Positions 38,278 through 47,534 of a stretch of DNA of 64,000 bases are shown here, piece after piece. The notes beneath the pieces were generated by a model that did no database searches, was not told the DNA's origin, and was given only the letters and a program-made list of their open reading frames with translations. A program made the translations under genes and the position numbers. Each line of letters opens with the position of its first letter. Within the stretch, counting starts at the first letter, position 1. The stretch comes from Gammaproteobacteria bacterium (lineage in GTDB: Bacteria > Pseudomonadota > Gammaproteobacteria > Acidiferrobacterales > SZUA-150): contig JAOUOD010000002.1 in assembly GCA_029880545.1 (NCBI GenBank), positions 200,767-264,766 on the forward strand, read 5' to 3'.

Positions 38278-38652
38278 ATGATCATGCCTGAAAAAGCCCG
38301 TCACTTGCTGGTTGGCGAAGCCGCGGAAAAACGGGCTTGCCGGTACCTGCAGGACAAGGGGCTGAGGCTTGTTGACAGGAACTTGCGTACACCGCATGGT
38401 GAAATAGACCTGATAATGATGGATCATGACACCGTGGTGTTTGTCGAGGTACGGTACCGCAAATCCGGTCGGTACGGTCTCGCCGAGGAAACCGTAACGC
38501 AAGGAAAGCAGCAGAAACTGGTTCGCTCGGCACAATGGTTTCTGCAGCGAAACAATGAACACGCCGGTCGACCGTGCCGGTTCGACCTGGTAGCCATTAC
38601 CGGGGACAACCAGGCTGGCGACCCCAACTGGATTACAAACGCGTTTTTCTAA
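38278..38652 (+). CDS. YraN-family (UPF0102) endonuclease-like protein
   Basis: 124 aa with the characteristic motifs GEIDLIM..D..VFVEVRYR. It is in the conserved position after lpoA. Confidence 0.88.
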   Translation: MIMPEKARHLLVGEAAEKRACRYLQDKGLRLVDRNLRTPHGEIDLIMMDHDTVVFVEVRYRKSGRYGLAEETVTQGKQQKLVRSAQWFLQRNNEHAGRPCRFDLVAITGDNQAGDPNWITNAFF

Positions 38653-38658
38653 ACTTGA

Positions 38659-39294
<636 letters not shown>

Positions 39295-39309
39295 ACGCCA
39301 GGGCGAATC

Positions 39310-39906
39310 ATGCATCGATACACATTTTCCGGTTCAGGCTTCCCCGTGCTTCTGCTTTTGGCCACGCTCCTGCCAGTAATACAAGGCTGTGCTACTGCAG
39401 TTGTCGCCGGTGCCGGTGCCGGTGCAGTGATTACCAATGACAAGCGCAGTTTCGGCTCCATAATTGATGATGAAAATATCGAAATTAAGATGCGACGTTT
39501 TGTCGATCAGCAGAAAGTACTCAGGGAAACAGCACACCTCAGCTTCACCAGCGTCAACGGCGTATTATTGATCTCGGGAGAAATCGGAAACGAACAGGAT
39601 CGCAACCTGATTCTGAGCCATGCCCGCCAGACCAGTGGCGTGAAACGCACAGTTAACCAGATGGAAATTGCACCCGTAGCATCAGTCAGCTCGCGCACCC
39701 GCGACGCATGGATAACCAGCGTTGTCAAAACACGCCTTGCCTCCGACAAGCGAGTTGATTCGACACGCATAAAGGTAGTAACTGAATCCGGCTCTGTTTT
39801 TCTCATGGGTCTTGTTAGCCAGCAAGAAGGAGCGGACGCCGCTGAAGCGGCGCGCGTAGTCAACGGCGCCAAACGTATTGTCAAATTGTTCGAGTACCTG
39901 GATTGA
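39310..39906 (+). CDS. BON-domain lipoprotein (DolP/YraP-like)
   Basis: 198 aa with a lipobox (PVIQGC) and two BON-type repeats. It is in the conserved position after the SIS gene. Confidence 0.85.
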   Translation: MHRYTFSGSGFPVLLLLATLLPVIQGCATAVVAGAGAGAVITNDKRSFGSIIDDENIEIKMRRFVDQQKVLRETAHLSFTSVNGVLLISGEIGNEQDRNLILSHARQTSGVKRTVNQMEIAPVASVSSRTRDAWITSVVKTRLASDKRVDSTRIKVVTESGSVFLMGLVSQQEGADAAEAARVVNGAKRIVKLFEYLD

Positions 39907-40382
39907 ATACCGGATCAAAAATAATCACCCGACACGAAGATCTCGTTGCCGCCATTAAGACGGCCGGCAGACCGCTGGTATTTACCAATGGCTGCTTTGA
40001 TATTCTTCACCGGGGTCATACTACATATCTCGAGCAGGCTGCATCACTTGGCAGCACGCTGCTGGTTGCACTGAACACTGACGAATCGGTCAGACGACTC
40101 GACAAGGGCAGCGATCGACCGATTAATTGCCTCGAAGACAGGATGGCCGTGATGGCTGCCCTGCAATGCGTGGCACTGGTCACATGGTTCGATCAGGACA
40201 CGCCTTATGAGCTAATCCGTCTTGTATCGCCGGACCACCTGGTCAAGGGTGGTGACTGGACGGTGGAAAATATTGTCGGCGCGGACCTGGTTCAGAAAAA
40301 CGGTGGCAAGGTACATTCCATTCCATTCGAGTTCGATCGTTCAACCACATCGCTGATCAAGCGAATTCGCGATCATGACTGA
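39903..40382 (+). CDS. D-glycero-beta-D-manno-heptose 1-phosphate adenylyltransferase (stand-alone RfaE domain II)
   Basis: 159 aa, a cytidylyltransferase-type protein with the HxGH motif (FTNGCFDILHRGH). The TTG start overlaps the BON gene stop. No kinase domain is fused. Confidence 0.82.
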   Translation: MNTGSKIITRHEDLVAAIKTAGRPLVFTNGCFDILHRGHTTYLEQAASLGSTLLVALNTDESVRRLDKGSDRPINCLEDRMAVMAALQCVALVTWFDQDTPYELIRLVSPDHLVKGGDWTVENIVGADLVQKNGGKVHSIPFEFDRSTTSLIKRIRDHD

Positions 40383-41766
40383 AACTAACCCGCCGCTGTT
40401 ATCGGATCTGCGATCCGTATGCGGTAACCACGGACTGCTCAGCGCCGATGGAGATATGCTTGCCTACGGGTATGACAACTCGCGCCTGCATCGCATGCCC
40501 CTGGCGGTCGCCATTCCGGCTGATGAAAAAGCAGTAAACGGCATCATCCGGATTTGTCGCAGGTACCAGGTTCCGGTCACAACACGGGGTCGTGGCACGA
40601 ACACGACCGGGGCCAGCGTACCCGAACCCGGCGGGATCATCCTGTCTACCGAAAAACTCAACAACATCATCGAGTACAGGCCCGAAGACCGGTTCATTCG
40701 CGTGCAACCCGGTGTCACCAATGGCGAGGTCAGGGATCTCGCGGCCAGGGATGGCTTGTTCTGGGCTCCGGATCCTACCAGCACCGACGTCTGCAGCATT
40801 GGTGGCAACCTGGCGATGAACGCAGCCGGACCGCGGGCAGTCAAATACGGGAGTACGCGCAACCATGTGCTCGGGATTCGCGCAGTCAGCGGCGCCGGTG
40901 AACTCTTTTCTGTTGGCGCCATCACCAGCAAAAGCGTGGTCGGCTACGATCTCACCCGCCTGATCATAGGCTCCGAGGGCACTCTCGCCGTCATTACCGA
41001 GGCCACATTGCAACTCCTGCCACTACAACCGGCACGTGCAACCATTAGACTGCTGTATCGCGATATCGATTCTGCCAGTCACGCAGTATCCAGCATAATG
41101 CGCCAGCATATTATTCCCAGCGCACTGGAGTTCATGGACACAAAGGCTATCGATATTGTTCGTGAACACGGCAATGTTGATACACCTGCCAATGCTGGTG
41201 CGTTGCTTATGGTTGAAGTGGAAGGACAGGCCGGGCAAATCCATGATGATGCACAAACTCTAATCCGGTCTGCAGGCAATCCGGGCCTGGTTGCCCAGGA
41301 CATCGCCACAAGCCGCGAACAGATCCAGGCGCTCTGGCAAATGCGCAAAGCATTGTCTCCGGCACTGCGCAAGTTGGCACCGAACAAGATCAACGAAGAT
41401 GTTGTTGTTCCGGTAAGCAGAATACCGGCGCTGATCAATGGACTCAATGACATCGGCAGCAGGCATGGCATCACCATCGTCAATTTCGGGCATGCGGGCA
41501 ATGGCAATATCCACGTCAACCTGCTTTACGACAGCCAGAATCCGGATCAGGCCGCCAGGGCTATACCCTGCCTGGATTCGGTATTTGACCTGGTGCTGTC
41601 GCTTGGAGGCAGCCTGTCCGGCGAGCACGGCATCGGTGAAGTCAAGCGCGAGTTCGTCAGCCGCGAATTGAATGCCAACGCGCTGATGCTCATGAGAGCC
41701 ATCAAACAGCAATTTGATCCTGACAATATACTGAATCCCGGCAAAGCCTTGCCCGCCGAAGACTGA
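40375..41766 (+). CDS. FAD-linked oxidase (GlcD / D-lactate dehydrogenase family)
   Basis: 463 aa with a PCMH-type FAD-binding domain (RGRGTNTTGASVP) and the C-terminal GSLSGEHGIG motif. It overlaps the previous gene by 8 nt. Confidence 0.85.
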   Translation: MTETNPPLLSDLRSVCGNHGLLSADGDMLAYGYDNSRLHRMPLAVAIPADEKAVNGIIRICRRYQVPVTTRGRGTNTTGASVPEPGGIILSTEKLNNIIEYRPEDRFIRVQPGVTNGEVRDLAARDGLFWAPDPTSTDVCSIGGNLAMNAAGPRAVKYGSTRNHVLGIRAVSGAGELFSVGAITSKSVVGYDLTRLIIGSEGTLAVITEATLQLLPLQPARATIRLLYRDIDSASHAVSSIMRQHIIPSALEFMDTKAIDIVREHGNVDTPANAGALLMVEVEGQAGQIHDDAQTLIRSAGNPGLVAQDIATSREQIQALWQMRKALSPALRKLAPNKINEDVVVPVSRIPALINGLNDIGSRHGITIVNFGHAGNGNIHVNLLYDSQNPDQAARAIPCLDSVFDLVLSLGGSLSGEHGIGEVKREFVSRELNANALMLMRAIKQQFDPDNILNPGKALPAED

Positions 41767-41897
41767 CGAGCCGACGGCCGGAACAGAATTTGCGCCGGGG
41801 CCACTTGGAGATTTTTGGATTTGAGCTACACTTCACCAGGTAAAATCGTATTTAGTACAATATTTGCACCCAAACACGTATTTGAAGGAGACACACA

Positions 41898-42677
41898 GTG
41901 ACACGAATCAAGAAAGCTGCGCTGATGCTGGCCGCGGCCGCCAGTTTTACCGCCACCGCACCCAGCCAGGCGGCTACTGACATCGACGCCATCGCAGCAC
42001 TCGGCACGCTTGCTGATCCCCAGGCTGCGTTCCTGGCCCTGTCGGAAGATCTTGGCGGCACCATCGCCTACCGATCAGTTTCACCAGCCGAAGATCTTGG
42101 CGTAACCGGATTTGACCTGGGCCTGGAACTCACCAGTTCCCGCCTGGCCAATTCAGCCGAATGGGTTGCAGCGGTATCTTCAGGCGATGAACTGTCCAGC
42201 GTCATCATGCCACGCATTCATGTACACAAGGGACTGCCTTTCGGTATCGATATTGGCGCCTTTTACACTGGATCATCCAACTCGAACATTGACATCACCG
42301 GCGCCGAATTGCGCTACGCCCTGGTAGAAGGTGGCGTTGCCATCCCCGCGGTAGGCGTACGCCTCACCTACAGCAAGCTGTCCGGCATTGACGAACTGGA
42401 AATGCAGACCACTGGCGCCGAACTGGCGATTTCAAAGGGCTTTGCATTCCTGACCCCGTATGCTTCCGCCGGCGCAGTGCGTGTTACCAGCACCCCTGAC
42501 GGTATCGCAGCTGATCCGGTAACATCCGGCGGCGCGGGCCTGGTTGAAGAGGAATTCACCTTGAGCCGTGCCAACGTTGGCGTGAACATGAACTTCACCT
42601 TGCTGAATATTGTTCTCGACTGGGACAAGACCGGCGACGTGACTTCGTCGACCCTGAAAGTCGGATTTCGCTGGTAA
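41898..42677 (+). CDS. Secreted protein, probable small outer-membrane beta-barrel (unassigned family)
   Basis: 259 aa with a GTG start and GAAGGAG RBS. It has a signal peptide (AAASFTATAPSQA|A), alternating hydrophobic beta-strand patterning and a C-terminal aromatic residue (KVGFRW). Confidence 0.6.
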   Translation: MTRIKKAALMLAAAASFTATAPSQAATDIDAIAALGTLADPQAAFLALSEDLGGTIAYRSVSPAEDLGVTGFDLGLELTSSRLANSAEWVAAVSSGDELSSVIMPRIHVHKGLPFGIDIGAFYTGSSNSNIDITGAELRYALVEGGVAIPAVGVRLTYSKLSGIDELEMQTTGAELAISKGFAFLTPYASAGAVRVTSTPDGIAADPVTSGGAGLVEEEFTLSRANVGVNMNFTLLNIVLDWDKTGDVTSSTLKVGFRW

Positions 42678-42692
42678 GTGCCTCCTCGGCAC

Positions 42693-42727
42693 AAAAAAGC
42701 CCCGCAATGCGGGGCTTTTTTATTTTT
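42693..42727. terminator. Bidirectional intrinsic terminator
   Basis: AAAAAA-GCCCCGC-AAT-GCGGGGC-TTTTTTTATTTTT lies between the convergent OMP-like gene and the macrodomain gene. Confidence 0.85.
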
Positions 42728-43256
42728 ACGGACCGCTGTTCCGGGTTCCTCGCTCGGCATCTTCAAGCTCGGTCAACACGCGCCTGTAGAGATCGGCATC
42801 TGCTGAAGTAAAACAACAAGCGATGATACGATCAAACCTCGACACATAGCGGGTCATCTGTCGGAGCGCGATAACTGCGGCTTCTTGCTTTGGGTAACCA
42901 AAAACACCTGTGCTGATTGCCGGAAACGCAATTGAACGGCAATCATTGGCCAGCGCCAACTCCATGCTGTTTCGGTAACATTGTTCCAGCTGGCCTGCTT
43001 CTCCGTGTTGTCCACCCTGCCACACGGGTCCGACCGTATGAACCACCCGGCGAGGCTGCAGCCTGAAGCCGGGTGACAGTTTGGCCTGCCCGGTCTCGCA
43101 ACCATCAAGTGTACGACAGTATTCCGCCAGCTCCGGTCCTGCAGCCGCGTGGATGGCGCCATCAACACCGCCACCGCCCAACAGGCTTTTGTTGGCGGCG
43201 TTGACGATAGTGTCGACATCAAGCGTCGTGATATCTGCGCAAACAATCTTGATCAT
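42726..43256 (-). CDS. Macro-domain protein (YmdB-like O-acetyl-ADP-ribose deacetylase family)
   Basis: 176 aa counted from the ATG at 43256 (GGAGG RBS). Macro-domain motifs are present: DITTLDVDTIVNAANKSLLGGGGVDGAIH and IAFPAISTGVFGYP. Confidence 0.88.
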   Translation of the reverse strand: MIKIVCADITTLDVDTIVNAANKSLLGGGGVDGAIHAAAGPELAEYCRTLDGCETGQAKLSPGFRLQPRRVVHTVGPVWQGGQHGEAGQLEQCYRNSMELALANDCRSIAFPAISTGVFGYPKQEAAVIALRQMTRYVSRFDRIIACCFTSADADLYRRVLTELEDAERGTRNSGP

Positions 43257-43323
43257 TGCCTGCCTCCGCGTAAGCGGGAAACATTGCCAGCCATGGTTAG
43301 GCGCCTGGCAATCCGGCTGCAAC

Positions 43324-43734
43324 CTACTTGATCACACGCAAGCTGGGTGGTTTGCCCGGACCATTGTCTCCGCCCGGTGGCCTTCCAGGGATTTCTGTGC
43401 TGGCTTTGCCGGATTCAACGGGCTCGGCGATAGTGAAACTCATACCCTCGCCATTTTCCCTGGCGAATATCGCGCGCACGGCAGTAACAGGAATTTCTAT
43501 GGCGCAGGATTTTCCCGAGAATCGAGCGTGAAAAAACAGCCAGTCGTCACCAAGGTCAAGATCGGCCACAGCCTGGGGGTGGACATTCAACACAATCTCG
43601 CCATCGGAATCATAACCTGCAGGCACGCGGACGCCCTCCTGCCTGACGTCCACGAGTACGTGGGGCGTCAGGCCATTGTCCACCGCCCATTGATGTATCG
43701 CGCGGATATAGTAGGGTGTGATCAACTTTGACAT
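43324..43734 (-). CDS. sspB: Stringent starvation protein B (ClpXP adaptor SspB)
   Basis: N-terminus MSKLITPYYIRAIHQWAVDNGLTPHVLV, and a C-terminal tail ending LRVIK, which resembles a ClpX-binding peptide. It follows sspA. Confidence 0.93.
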   Translation of the reverse strand: MSKLITPYYIRAIHQWAVDNGLTPHVLVDVRQEGVRVPAGYDSDGEIVLNVHPQAVADLDLGDDWLFFHARFSGKSCAIEIPVTAVRAIFARENGEGMSFTIAEPVESGKASTEIPGRPPGGDNGPGKPPSLRVIK

Positions 43735-43825
43735 GACATCACCTCTGACCAACAGCTGGTTGGATATTTGAATGCCTGGCGATATTTGTTACGACATCGG
43801 CAACACCCGGGTCGCTCGCACAATA

Positions 43826-44452
43826 TCAGGCCTGGCGCATCTCCCTTTCGGTATCCAGGAGACTTTTTCTGAATGATTTACGCGCAAACAGGCGCTCGGC
43901 ATATTCCAGTACCGGCCTGGCCTGGCGCGGCATGCTGATACCGTATTTATCCAGGCGCCACAAGATGGGTGCCAGAGCGCAGTCTACCAGCGAGAACTCC
44001 TCGCCCAGGATAAACGGGCGCTCCTTGAATACCGGGGATATGACTGTCAGGCCGTCTCGAATGGTATTGGCAGCTTTTGACGCCAGCTTCTTGTCATCGC
44101 CTTCTATAATCGGGGTCAGCGAATACCAGTCACGATCAAACCGGTAAAGCATCAGGCGCGCCTTGGCACGCGACACCGGGTCTACCGGCATCAGCGGCGG
44201 GTGAGGCAACCTTTCATCCAGGTACTCATTGATTATCGGTGAGCTGTACAACACCAGGTCACGATCTATCATGGTCGGCACTTCGTTGTACGGGTTGTGA
44301 TCTGACAGTTCACGCGGCTTCTTCTGCTCGTCCACCTCAACAACCTGGAACTCCACCTCCTTTTCAAACAGCACAATACGCGTGCGGTGACTATGAGGAT
44401 CAGAGCCTGAAAAAAGGGTCATGATGGGTTTGCGATTAGCAGGCGATGCCAT
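43826..44452 (-). CDS. sspA: Stringent starvation protein A (GST-like RNAP-associated)
   Basis: 208 aa with the N-terminus MASPANRKPIMTLFSG..HSHRTRIVLFEKEV, colinear with enterobacterial SspA. Confidence 0.94.
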   Translation of the reverse strand: MASPANRKPIMTLFSGSDPHSHRTRIVLFEKEVEFQVVEVDEQKKPRELSDHNPYNEVPTMIDRDLVLYSSPIINEYLDERLPHPPLMPVDPVSRAKARLMLYRFDRDWYSLTPIIEGDDKKLASKAANTIRDGLTVISPVFKERPFILGEEFSLVDCALAPILWRLDKYGISMPRQARPVLEYAERLFARKSFRKSLLDTEREMRQA

Positions 44453-44465
44453 TGGGCTGACTCCT

Positions 44466-44509
44466 TAAAAACCATAAATAACGCCGAAAGGGGGCAATGC
44501 CCCCTTTCG
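44466..44509 (-). terminator. Intrinsic terminator after petC
   Basis: An 11-bp perfect stem CGAAAGGGGGC-ATT-GCCCCCTTTCG (44485-44509), followed on the minus strand by GCGTTATTTATGGTTTTT. Confidence 0.75.
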
Positions 44510-44553
44510 CACCCACTATTCCGGAATCACTTTATGCAAGTGACGCGACCGGC

Positions 44554-45270
44554 CTAGTGGATATCTCTCCAGTATTCCTTCTTCAGCATGTAGGCAACGA
44601 AGAAGAATACAAACATAAAGATCATAACATAGGCGCCGATGCGATAGCGCACCAGCTTTGCCGGTTCGGCCAGGTAGACCATGAAATTCGTCAGGTCGCG
44701 CATGGCTGAATCATACTCTTTTTCAGTCATACTGCCGGCCTTGGCCAGCTCAAAACCGGTGATATGGCCCGCCTCGTTCTTGACCGCGCGCTGCTCGCCC
44801 TGCAATTCGTACAGCACATGCGGCATGGCCACCTTGTCAAACACGCTGTTATTCCAGCCACTGACAGCACCGGTATCACGGTAAAAACTGCGCATGTAGC
44901 TATAAATCCAGTCTGCGCCGCGTGAACGGCCGGTCAGAGACAGGTCGGGCGGAACCGTGTTGAATGCCGCCTTGGCAACAGCCGGCGTAATCGATGCTGT
45001 CATCAATTCACCAACCTTGTCACTGGCGAACATCAGGTTGTCCTTGACCTGCTCTTCGGTCAGACCCAGGTCCCGTGCCATGCGGTTGTAACGCATGAAG
45101 GAAGCACTGTGACATGACATGCAGTAGTTCATGAAAATCCGGGCGCCGCGCTGCAACGAGGCTCTGTCACCCAGGTCGATATTGGCTGAATCCAGCTTGA
45201 CATCACCACCACCGGCGACCGCCAGGCCGGAAAACAGACTCAGAACAAGTACAATTACCAACTTTTTCAT
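44554..45270 (-). CDS. petC: Cytochrome c1 (ubiquinol-cytochrome c reductase subunit)
   Basis: 238 aa with a signal peptide, a heme motif (CMSCHS) and a C-terminal TM anchor. The ATG at 45270 forms an ATGA overlap with the petB stop. The 398-aa ORF in the track is a spurious 5' extension. Confidence 0.92.
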   Translation of the reverse strand: MKKLVIVLVLSLFSGLAVAGGGDVKLDSANIDLGDRASLQRGARIFMNYCMSCHSASFMRYNRMARDLGLTEEQVKDNLMFASDKVGELMTASITPAVAKAAFNTVPPDLSLTGRSRGADWIYSYMRSFYRDTGAVSGWNNSVFDKVAMPHVLYELQGEQRAVKNEAGHITGFELAKAGSMTEKEYDSAMRDLTNFMVYLAEPAKLVRYRIGAYVMIFMFVFFFVAYMLKKEYWRDIH

Positions 45271-46640
45271 TTTGTCACCCTTTCCGGTTCTGGCTTGGTC
45301 TTGTCCCAGGTGGTGTACCAGGGCATCAACAGGAAGAACAACAGGTACAGTATGGTGCATATCTGTGCAGCCAGTACCGCAGGACCGGCAGCCGGCTGCG
45401 TTCCGAGGTAACCCAGAATGATAAACACGACGACGAATATGGCCAGCGCCAGCTTGAACATCCAGCCCTTGTAACGAATGGACTTGACCGGTGAACGATC
45501 CAGCCACGGCAGGAAAGCAAACAGCACAATACCCATACCCATCAACACCACACCCCAGAACTTGGCTTCGAGAGTGAAGTACCCCAGCATCAATACTGCG
45601 GCCAGGCCAACAGTAGCCGCACGCACCATCGTATTCTGGTTTGCCTTGAGCACCATCAGGGTCATGATGATGGTCAGCGGTACAAGGCCGTAGACCACGA
45701 ACATGTCGGTGCAGGCACGGAGCAATGAGTAGTACGGTGTGAAGTACCACAACGGCACGATATGCGCCGGTGTCTTCAACAGGTCCGCCGGCGTAAAATT
45801 GTCGGCCTCAAGGAACCAGCCGCCAAACTCGGGCACGAAAAATACCACGGCAAAATACAGAATAAGGAATCCGGCAACACCGACGATATCCTTCACCGTG
45901 TAATACGGGTGGAACGGAATACCATCCACAGGAATACCATCAGAGCCCTTGTTCTTCTTGATTTCGATGCCATCAGGATTGTTGGAACCGACTTTATGCA
46001 GCGCAACAATATGTACAAAAACCAGTCCAGCCAGGGCCAGCGGTACAGCAACAACATGCAGCGCAAAGAATCGGTTCAGCGTAGCGTCACCAACGACAAA
46101 ATCGCCACGAATGAATTCTGTCAGCATGTCGCCGATAACCGGAATGGCGCCAAACAGGGAAATGATTACCTGCGCGCCCCACAGTGACATATTGCCCCAC
46201 GGCAACAGGTAACCCATGAAGGCTTCCGCCATCAATGCCAGCAGGATGACAACACCGATCAACCACAGCAATTCCCGCGGGCCACGGTAGGATCCATACA
46301 TCAGGCCACGGAACATATGCAGGTAAACGACAATAAAGAAGAAAGACGCACCGGTAGAATGCAGGTAACGCATCAGCCAGCCCCAGGGTACGTCACGCAT
46401 GATGTACTCAACCGAAGCAAAAGCCAGCGCCGTATCCGGCTTGTAGTGCATGGTCAGAAAGATGCCGCTGACGATCTGGATAACCAGAACCAGCATTGCC
46501 AGTGAGCCGAAGTAATACCAGAAATTGAAATTCTTCGGTGCGTAATACTTGGCCAGGTGTTCGTTCCAGACCTTCATTACGGGGTAGCGATCATCCACCC
46601 ACTTCAGGCCCTGACCCATAATATCGATAATCTTGTCCAT
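45267..46640 (-). CDS. petB: Cytochrome b (bc1 complex)
   Basis: 457 aa counted from the ATG at 46640 (AAGGGGG RBS, 10 nt after the petA stop). The motifs NFNFWYYFGSL, RYLHSTGASFFF, the PEWYF-like PLWYFTPYY and conserved His pairs are present. Confidence 0.95.
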   Translation of the reverse strand: MDKIIDIMGQGLKWVDDRYPVMKVWNEHLAKYYAPKNFNFWYYFGSLAMLVLVIQIVSGIFLTMHYKPDTALAFASVEYIMRDVPWGWLMRYLHSTGASFFFIVVYLHMFRGLMYGSYRGPRELLWLIGVVILLALMAEAFMGYLLPWGNMSLWGAQVIISLFGAIPVIGDMLTEFIRGDFVVGDATLNRFFALHVVAVPLALAGLVFVHIVALHKVGSNNPDGIEIKKNKGSDGIPVDGIPFHPYYTVKDIVGVAGFLILYFAVVFFVPEFGGWFLEADNFTPADLLKTPAHIVPLWYFTPYYSLLRACTDMFVVYGLVPLTIIMTLMVLKANQNTMVRAATVGLAAVLMLGYFTLEAKFWGVVLMGMGIVLFAFLPWLDRSPVKSIRYKGWMFKLALAIFVVVFIILGYLGTQPAAGPAVLAAQICTILYLLFFLLMPWYTTWDKTKPEPERVTK

Positions 46641-46650
46641 CCTGACCCCC

Positions 46651-47256
46651 TTAAGCCTTGTCGCTATCCTGATCCACGCCAATCAGCAGGCGGGTATCAG
46701 ACAGGTATTTGTGTGGCGGAACAGGCAAGTTGGTTGGTGCCGGAACGTTCTTGTAGACGCGACCGGACAAATCAAACTTGGAACCATGGCATGGGCAGAA
46801 GAAGCCACCCGGCCAGTCATCGCCCAACGCAAACGCGGCAACAGCACCGGCCTTGATCGGAGTCTGTGGCGAGCATCCCAGGTGGGTACAGATACCAACC
46901 AGCACCAGGTACTCGGATTTAATGGAACGCTCGACACCGGCAACATATCCCGGCTGGTCGGCATTCGTGGAATCGGGATCAGTAACCGTGGCATTGAGCT
47001 TTTCCAGCCCAGCCAGCATTTCCGGGGTACGGCGCAAAATCCACACAGGCTTGCTACGCCACTCAACAGTCATCATCTGACCGGGTTCCAATTTACTGAT
47101 ATCAACTTCTACCGGTGCGCCAGCAGCACGGGCACGCTCACTTGGCGTCCAGCTCTGGATGAATGGCACGGCGGCGAATCCGGCACCTACTGCGCCCACT
47201 GCTGAGGTCAAAGCCACGAGCTGTCGGCGAGTGCGGTTCATTCCTTCGTCACTCAT
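46651..47256 (-). CDS. petA: Rieske [2Fe-2S] subunit of ubiquinol-cytochrome c reductase
   Basis: 201 aa with a Tat-type signal (RTRRQLV) and the Rieske boxes CTHLGC and CPCHGS. Confidence 0.95.
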   Translation of the reverse strand: MSDEGMNRTRRQLVALTSAVGAVGAGFAAVPFIQSWTPSERARAAGAPVEVDISKLEPGQMMTVEWRSKPVWILRRTPEMLAGLEKLNATVTDPDSTNADQPGYVAGVERSIKSEYLVLVGICTHLGCSPQTPIKAGAVAAFALGDDWPGGFFCPCHGSKFDLSGRVYKNVPAPTNLPVPPHKYLSDTRLLIGVDQDSDKA

Positions 47257-47327
47257 GAACCCCCCTGAATTGAGTTAGGTCACTGATTTTTAGGGAAAAA
47301 ATATAAACAAAACACTAAACTGAAATT

Positions 47328-47351
47328 GTATATTAGCAATTACTAATATAC
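47328..47351. promoter_or_regulatory. 24-bp near-perfect palindrome in the petA/protease divergent intergenic region (operator candidate)
   Basis: GTATATTAG-CAATTA-CTAATATAC: 9-bp perfect arms around an AATT core. It lies 72-95 nt upstream of the petA ATG. Confidence 0.45.
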
Positions 47352-47411
47352 TGACAGCAGCGCGGCATAGGATCATACATCAACCGGTCACAGTCAAGTG
47401 AATATCGGGCT

Positions 47412-47451
47412 AAATCCGGCCAATTCTTGGAAAAATCCGCCCAAATTCTTC
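47412..47451 (+). repeat. Imperfect direct repeat with 21-bp phasing upstream of the DegS/AlgW-like gene
   Basis: AAATCCGGCC-AATTCTTGG (47412-47430) and AAATCCGCCCAAATTCTTC (47433-47451). A TACAAT -10 candidate at 47487-47492 lacks a good -35. Confidence 0.4.
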
Positions 47452-47534
47452 AAAACCCATCATAGCCTTCCACGGGTTATCACCGCTACAATTAGCTGTT
47501 CATATTCAGGTTGTTTATCGGAGCTGGAATTCCT

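Noticed and set aside
44554-45750. 398-aa ORF suggesting a much longer cytochrome c1.
   Set aside because: The first 160 codons overlap petB out of frame and are rich in Cys/His/Arg/Gly, which looks like a frame-shadow artefact. The ATG at 45270 gives a normal signal peptide (MKKLVIVLVLSLFSGLAVA) and an ATGA junction with the petB stop.
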